Source of the DNA: an uncultured Actinomycetota bacterium | GTDB taxonomy: Bacteria > Actinomycetota > Actinomycetes > JACCUZ01 | Direction: 5' to 3' | NCBI GenBank assembly: GCA_963705885.1 | Contig: OY970120.1 | Span: forward strand, 3,497,676-3,561,675 | Length of the DNA stretch: 64,000 bases | In this document: piece after piece, positions 59,728 to 64,000 of the stretch | How positions within the stretch are numbered: position 1 is the first letter of the stretch | Layout: each line of letters begins with the position of its first letter | Position numbers and translations under genes: made by a program | The notes under the pieces: model-generated | The model's database searches: none | Told to the model about the DNA's origin: nothing | What the model saw: only the letters and a program-made list of their open reading frames with translations

Positions 59728-60534
59728 TCAGGCACGACGGGCGAGCGCGCGGCTGAGGCCGCTACCGACCAGCACCAGCAGGTGCAGGACCCACAGCCAG
59801 AGGGCGACGGCCACCACGGCACCGACGGCGACCTGGCCGCCGAAGGGCAGCCCCAGGTCGAGCGGGATCGCCAGGAAGAGCACGAAGCCCTGGATGAACC
59901 CCGACACGAACGACGCCGTGACGGTGCCGGCGAGCAGCGCCACGCGCCAGGGTGGACGGTGCGGGGCCAGCGCGCGGTAGACGTAGGCCAGCGGCGGGGT
60001 GAGCAGCACCCAGTCCAGGCACAGCGCCACGTAGACGGCGAGCGCCCCCGGCCAGAAGCCGTCGTCGGTCAGCCCGGCGAGCAGCGGCGCCGTGACCAGC
60101 ACGGCGCAGGCCATCAGCGGCGTGAGCGCGAGCAGCGGCACGATGCGCAGGCGGCCGCGCCAGCCGATGTAGGCCTCGTCGTGGTCCTCGAGCCGGACGA
60201 AGGCGCGCCGCAGGCCCTCGCCGTAGAGCGTCGCGGGCACCAGCGCCACAAGCGCCGTCAGCCAGCCGAGCCCGGCGCCGGCCTCGACCAGGTCGACGAC
60301 GAGCGCCGGAGCACCGAGGCCGTCGGGCAGCGCGGCGGCGACGTCACGGCCCCGTCGCTCCACCCGGTCGGCCCCGAGCAGGAACCGGCTCAGCCAGAGG
60401 GCCACCAGCGTCGTGGGCAGCAGCGCGATGCCGCCGTAGAACGTGAGCCCACCGGCGTAGAGCGCCACGTCGTGGCCCCTCATGTCGGCGGTCACCGCGC
60501 GGGCGAGCGACCGCAGCGCCGGGAGGCGGGGCAC
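59728..60534 (-). CDS. YihY/BrkB-family membrane protein
   Basis: ALYAGGLTFYGGIALLPTTL motif plus 6 TM helices; start uncertain (ATG 60483 or upstream GTG). Confidence 0.6.
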   Translation of the reverse strand: MPRLPALRSLARAVTADMRGHDVALYAGGLTFYGGIALLPTTLVALWLSRFLLGADRVERRGRDVAAALPDGLGAPALVVDLVEAGAGLGWLTALVALVPATLYGEGLRRAFVRLEDHDEAYIGWRGRLRIVPLLALTPLMACAVLVTAPLLAGLTDDGFWPGALAVYVALCLDWVLLTPPLAYVYRALAPHRPPWRVALLAGTVTASFVSGFIQGFVLFLAIPLDLGLPFGGQVAVGAVVAVALWLWVLHLLVLVGSGLSRALARRA

Positions 60535-60542
60535 GCGGACGG

Positions 60543-61499
60543 TCAGCTCGCGACGGTGCCGGTGAACGTGCGGCGGTAGGCCTGCGGCGTCGTGCCGACC
60601 CGGCGCGTGAAGTGGTGACGCAGCACCGACGCGCTGCCGAAGCCCACGAGGTCGGCCACGGACTCGACCGGGGTCGCGGTCTCCTCGAGCAGCCGCTGGG
60701 CGTGCAGGATGCGCTGGTCGGTGAGCCAGTGGTGCGGCGTCGTGCCCGTCTCGGCGCGGAACCGGCGGGCGAACGTCCGCGGGGACAGGTGTGCGCGGGC
60801 GGCCAGCTGGTCGACCGGCATCTCGTCCCGCAGGTGCTCCTGCATCCACTGCAGCGTGCCGGCCAGCGTGTCGACCTCGCACGGCACCGGCTGGTCGATG
60901 AACTGCCGCTGGCCGCCGTCGCGGTGCGGCGGCACGACCATGCGCCGCGCGAGCAGGTTGGCCGCCCGGGCGCCGAACTCCTTGCGCACCAGGTGCAGCG
61001 ACGCGTCGATGCCGGCCGCGGTGCCGGCGCTGGTCAGCACGTTGCCGTCCTCGACGTAGAGCACGTCCGGGTCGACGAGCGCGGTCGGCACCCGCTCCTG
61101 CAGCTCGGCGGCGTGCCGCCAGTGGGTCGTGCAGCGACGCCCGTCGAGAAGGCCCGCCTCGGCGAGCAGGAAGGCACCGGTGCAGACGCTGAGCAGCCAG
61201 GCGCCGCGGTCGTGCGCGGCGCGCAGCTGCTCGAGCAGGGCCTCGGGTGCGGGGCCCACCACGTCCATGGCGGGCACCGCGACGAGGTCGGCGTCGGCGA
61301 GCACGTCGAAGCCGTGCGGGACGTCGAGGGAGAAGCCGGACCCCGTCGGCACCGGGCCGGGGACGTCGGTGGCCAGCCGGAAGTCGAACGAGGGCAGCAG
61401 CGGCTCGTCGGGGCGCTCGCTGCCGAACACCTCGGTGAGCACCCCGAGCTCGAACAGCGACACCCGGCCGATCACCGGGACAGCGACGGTTCGGATCAC
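60543..61499 (-). CDS. AraC-family transcriptional regulator with N-terminal DJ-1/PfpI-like domain (GlxA type)
   Basis: N-terminal class-I glutamine-amidotransferase-like fold with LSVCTGAFLLA; C-terminal double HTH (…TFARRFRAETGTTPHHWL…). Confidence 0.8.
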   Translation of the reverse strand: MIRTVAVPVIGRVSLFELGVLTEVFGSERPDEPLLPSFDFRLATDVPGPVPTGSGFSLDVPHGFDVLADADLVAVPAMDVVGPAPEALLEQLRAAHDRGAWLLSVCTGAFLLAEAGLLDGRRCTTHWRHAAELQERVPTALVDPDVLYVEDGNVLTSAGTAAGIDASLHLVRKEFGARAANLLARRMVVPPHRDGGQRQFIDQPVPCEVDTLAGTLQWMQEHLRDEMPVDQLAARAHLSPRTFARRFRAETGTTPHHWLTDQRILHAQRLLEETATPVESVADLVGFGSASVLRHHFTRRVGTTPQAYRRTFTGTVAS

Positions 61500-61581
61500 G
61501 GCCGTAGTATGGCAGGAAGTTGATGCATGTTGTCAATACTGCCACTGGTGGCGGGAACTTGCCAGGCGCATAGTTACTGCC

Positions 61582-61740
61582 ATGACCTACTTCCTCGTCC
61601 TCATCGCCGCCCTCGTCGCCGTCGAGATCGTCGCCGGAGTCCGCACCCTGCGCTCCGGTCGCCCGAGCTCCCCGCCGTCGAGCCACCCCGACTGGAGCGG
61701 AGGGCGCCTCCCGTCGGTGCCCTACGCGCTGCGTCACTGA
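61582..61740 (+). CDS. small hypothetical membrane protein (52 aa)
   Basis: MTYFLVLIAALVAVEIVAGVRTLRSGRPSSPPSSHPDWSGGRLPSVPYALRH; preceded by a relatively AT-rich, promoter-like stretch; no obvious RBS. Confidence 0.3.
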   Translation: MTYFLVLIAALVAVEIVAGVRTLRSGRPSSPPSSHPDWSGGRLPSVPYALRH

Positions 61741-61769
61741 CCCCGCGCCGCACCTCGTAGGCTCGGCGG

Positions 61770-62258
61770 GTGATCGTCCGACCCGCCGAGCCCCGCGAGG
61801 TGGGGGCGGTCGGGCTGCTCACGCTCGCGGCCTACACGGCGGACGGCTTCCTCACCCCCGAGGACCCCTACGCCGGCGAGCTGCTCGCCGCCGACGAGCG
61901 GGCCAGCGCGGCCGACCTGGTCGTGGCCGTCGCCCACGACGGGACGCTCCTCGGCACCGTCACGTTCGCCCTCCCCGAGTCACCCTGGGCCGAGATCTCC
62001 CGACCGGGTGAGGCGGAGTTCCGGATGCTGGCGGTCGCCCCCGAGGCCCGGGGACGCGGCATCGGTGGCGCGTTGGCGCAGTGGTGCGTCGACCGGGCCC
62101 GCGAGCAGGGCTGCACCGCGGTCGTGCTCAGCTCGCTGCCGGAGATGCACACGGCCCACCGGATCTACGAGCGGATGGGCTTCGCCCGCGCGCCCGAGCG
62201 CGACTGGTGGCCGACGGAGGACACGCGCCTCGTGGCGTACGTCCTCGACCTCGTCTGA
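61770..62258 (+). CDS. GNAT-family N-acetyltransferase
   Basis: [22 protein letters not shown] is the acetyl-CoA binding motif A. Confidence 0.8.
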   Translation: MIVRPAEPREVGAVGLLTLAAYTADGFLTPEDPYAGELLAADERASAADLVVAVAHDGTLLGTVTFALPESPWAEISRPGEAEFRMLAVAPEARGRGIGGALAQWCVDRAREQGCTAVVLSSLPEMHTAHRIYERMGFARAPERDWWPTEDTRLVAYVLDLV

Positions 62259-62272
62259 GCGCGGTGCTCCGG

Positions 62273-62659
62273 TCACAGGCGCGCGATGAACCGGTCACGC
62301 TCGACCATCACCCGCGTCACCTGGCCTCTCGCCACGACCGCGGTGCCGTCTGGCGACGCGTGCTCCGCGACGACATCGAAGCGCAGCAGCCGGCCATCGA
62401 CGTGGACGAGGTCGGCCCGGACCGTCACGGCTGCGCCGACCGGGCTCCCCCGCTCGTGGGCCAGCTCGACACGGGTGCCCACCGTCGTGCGCGCCGGAGC
62501 GATCTCGCCGTCGAGCGCGCGGACAGTCGCCTCCTCGCACCAGGCGAGCAGGCGTGGGGTGCCGAGGACGTCGAGGTCGCCGCTGCCGAGCGCGCGCGCC
62601 GTGTCGTCGGGCGCGACCTCGTGGTGCACGCTCGCGCTCAGCCCGGGCTCGATCGGCAC
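62273..62659 (-). CDS. hotdog-fold thioesterase-family protein
   Basis: 128 aa; length and hydrophobic-core pattern consistent with the PaaI/YbgC-like 4HBT fold. Confidence 0.55.
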   Translation of the reverse strand: MPIEPGLSASVHHEVAPDDTARALGSGDLDVLGTPRLLAWCEEATVRALDGEIAPARTTVGTRVELAHERGSPVGAAVTVRADLVHVDGRLLRFDVVAEHASPDGTAVVARGQVTRVMVERDRFIARL

Positions 62660-62677
62660 CGGGCTAGCCTACGGACC

Positions 62678-62860
62678 GTGGACGAGCGCTACTGCGACCA
62701 GTGCGGGGAGCCGGCCGGCGACCACGCCGCCTGCGCCGCCCGCCGGTCGCTGGAGCCGCCGCGCTACTGCGCGCGGTGCCGCCGGCGGATGGTCGTGCAG
62801 GTGCTCCCGCGCGGCTGGACCGCGCGGTGCAGCGAGCACGGCGTGCTCACCGGCGCCTGA
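62678..62860 (+). CDS. small Cys-rich (putative zinc-ribbon) protein, 60 aa
   Basis: [60 protein letters not shown]; CxxC...CxxC...C arrangement; GTG start. Confidence 0.35.
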   Translation: MDERYCDQCGEPAGDHAACAARRSLEPPRYCARCRRRMVVQVLPRGWTARCSEHGVLTGA

Positions 62861-62862
62861 GG

Positions 62863-63987
62863 TCAGGCGACCAGCCCGAGGCGGCGCAGCTCGACGGTGA
62901 GGTCGTGCGGGTTCGTCGAGGCGGCCATCGCACCCTCGAGGGTGATGACCCCGTCGCGGATGAGGGCCACGAGGTGCTGGTCGAAGGTCTGCATGCCGTA
63001 GTAGGCGCCTTCCTTGATCAGCTCGCCGATGGTGGCGGTCTTGTCGGGGTCGGCGATCGCGTCGGCGATGCGGCCGGTGGCGACGCAGATCTCCATGGCG
63101 ACGCACCGGCCCTGGCCGTCGGCACGGGGCACCAGACGCTGGCAGATGATGCCGCGCAGCGCGCCGGCCAGCGACAGCCGGACCTGCTTCTGCTCGTGCG
63201 GCGGGAAGAAGTCGATGACGCGGGTGATGGTCTCCGCGGCGTCGGTGGTGTGCAGCGTCGACATGACGAAGTGGCCGGTCTCGGACGCGGCCAGGGCGGC
63301 CTTCACCGTCTCGTGGTCGCGCATCTCGCCGACGAGGATGACGTCGGGGTCCTGGCGCATGGCGGCGCGCAGCGCCACGGCGAAGTCGGCGGTGTCGAGC
63401 CGCACCTCGCGCTGGTTGATCATCGAGAGCTTGTCGAAGTGCAGGACCTCGATCGGGTCCTCGATCGTGACGACGTGGACCTCGCGGTTGTTGTTGACGT
63501 GGTCGATCATGCCGGCCAGCGTCGTCGTCTTGCCGGAGCCGGTCGGTCCGGTGACGAGCACGAGGCCGCGCGGCTCCATCGCGAGAGCGCTCAGCACGGG
63601 CGGCAGGCCGAGGTCGTCGAGCGGGATGGCGCCCACGCTCACCCGGCGGAAGACCATGCCGGCCGACCCGCGGGAGCGGAACGCGTTCACCCGGAAGCGG
63701 CCGAGCCCGGGAACGGAGTAGGCGAAGTCGGCCTCGTTGCTGCGCGAGAACTCCTCGACGAGGTCGTCGCGCAGCACCTCGCTGACCATGTGCTCGGTGT
63801 CGGTGGGCGTGAGGTTCGGCGCCTGCAGCTTGCGCAGGCGGCCGTCGATGCGCACCCGCGGTGGCGACCCCACCTTGATGTGCAGGTCCGACCCGCCGAC
63901 CTCACTGAGGGCCCGCAGGAAGGGCACGACAGACTGGGGCTGCTCCGATCCGCTCACGACAGAGGTTTCGGGCGACCGGGAGCACAC
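62863..63987 (-). CDS. pilT: type IV pilus twitching-motility ATPase PilT
   Basis: Walker A GPTGSGKTTT, Asp box, and PilT-specific AIRNLIRE-like GALRGIICQRLV region; 374 aa. Confidence 0.85.
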   Translation of the reverse strand: MCSRSPETSVVSGSEQPQSVVPFLRALSEVGGSDLHIKVGSPPRVRIDGRLRKLQAPNLTPTDTEHMVSEVLRDDLVEEFSRSNEADFAYSVPGLGRFRVNAFRSRGSAGMVFRRVSVGAIPLDDLGLPPVLSALAMEPRGLVLVTGPTGSGKTTTLAGMIDHVNNNREVHVVTIEDPIEVLHFDKLSMINQREVRLDTADFAVALRAAMRQDPDVILVGEMRDHETVKAALAASETGHFVMSTLHTTDAAETITRVIDFFPPHEQKQVRLSLAGALRGIICQRLVPRADGQGRCVAMEICVATGRIADAIADPDKTATIGELIKEGAYYGMQTFDQHLVALIRDGVITLEGAMAASTNPHDLTVELRRLGLVA

Positions 63988-64000
63988 CTTGAGGGCGGAT

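Overview
High-GC actinobacterial chromosome segment, probably from a Nocardioides-like Propionibacteriales organism. The backbone is conserved housekeeping synteny: partial atpB, an AtpI-like gene, wecA, glyA, tsaC, prmC, prfA, rpmE, then rho, thrB, thrC, hom, lysA, argS, tRNA-Arg(CCG), and further on kgd (E2-E1 fused 2-oxoglutarate dehydrogenase), nickel superoxide dismutase sodN with its maturation protease sodX, and bioD-bioB. A ~7.1 kb minus-strand operon sits between rho and rpmE; to my knowledge this junction is empty in mycobacterial genomes. It encodes two paralogous small secreted proteins with a C-terminal motif + TM helix + Arg-rich tail (sorting-signal-like), a PIG-L/LmbE deacetylase, a processive GT2 synthase, a short exosortase-family protein (XrtG-like), an ATP-grasp ligase with a membrane-anchored HEAT-like N-terminus, WecB and a HAD phosphatase. 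Most genes in it overlap by 4 nt (ATGA/GTGA). I read it as a candidate exosortase-type protein sorting / glycoconjugate attachment system with its own cognate substrates, and it is the main novelty candidate. Other notable items: a second PIG-L + methyltransferase + GT2 + ACAD-like module; apparent frameshifts in rho (inside a 15-nt tandem-repeat linker) and in a GH88 hydrolase (G-run); a ~60-nt two-hairpin REP/terminator-like element present at two loci (three copies of its first hairpin); a 62-nt tandem duplication; two tandem-repeat arrays in the 5' region of an alcohol dehydrogenase gene; a double GntR-type palindromic operator; and direct-repeat operators upstream of a DUF4097-PadR pair. 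I found no CRISPR array, transposase or integrase. My hand indexing disagreed with the ORF-track frame by 1 nt near 8260; I resolved this in favour of the ORF-track frame and anchored hand-derived gene starts to ORF-track ends by residue counting, so they are good to about +/-3 nt.
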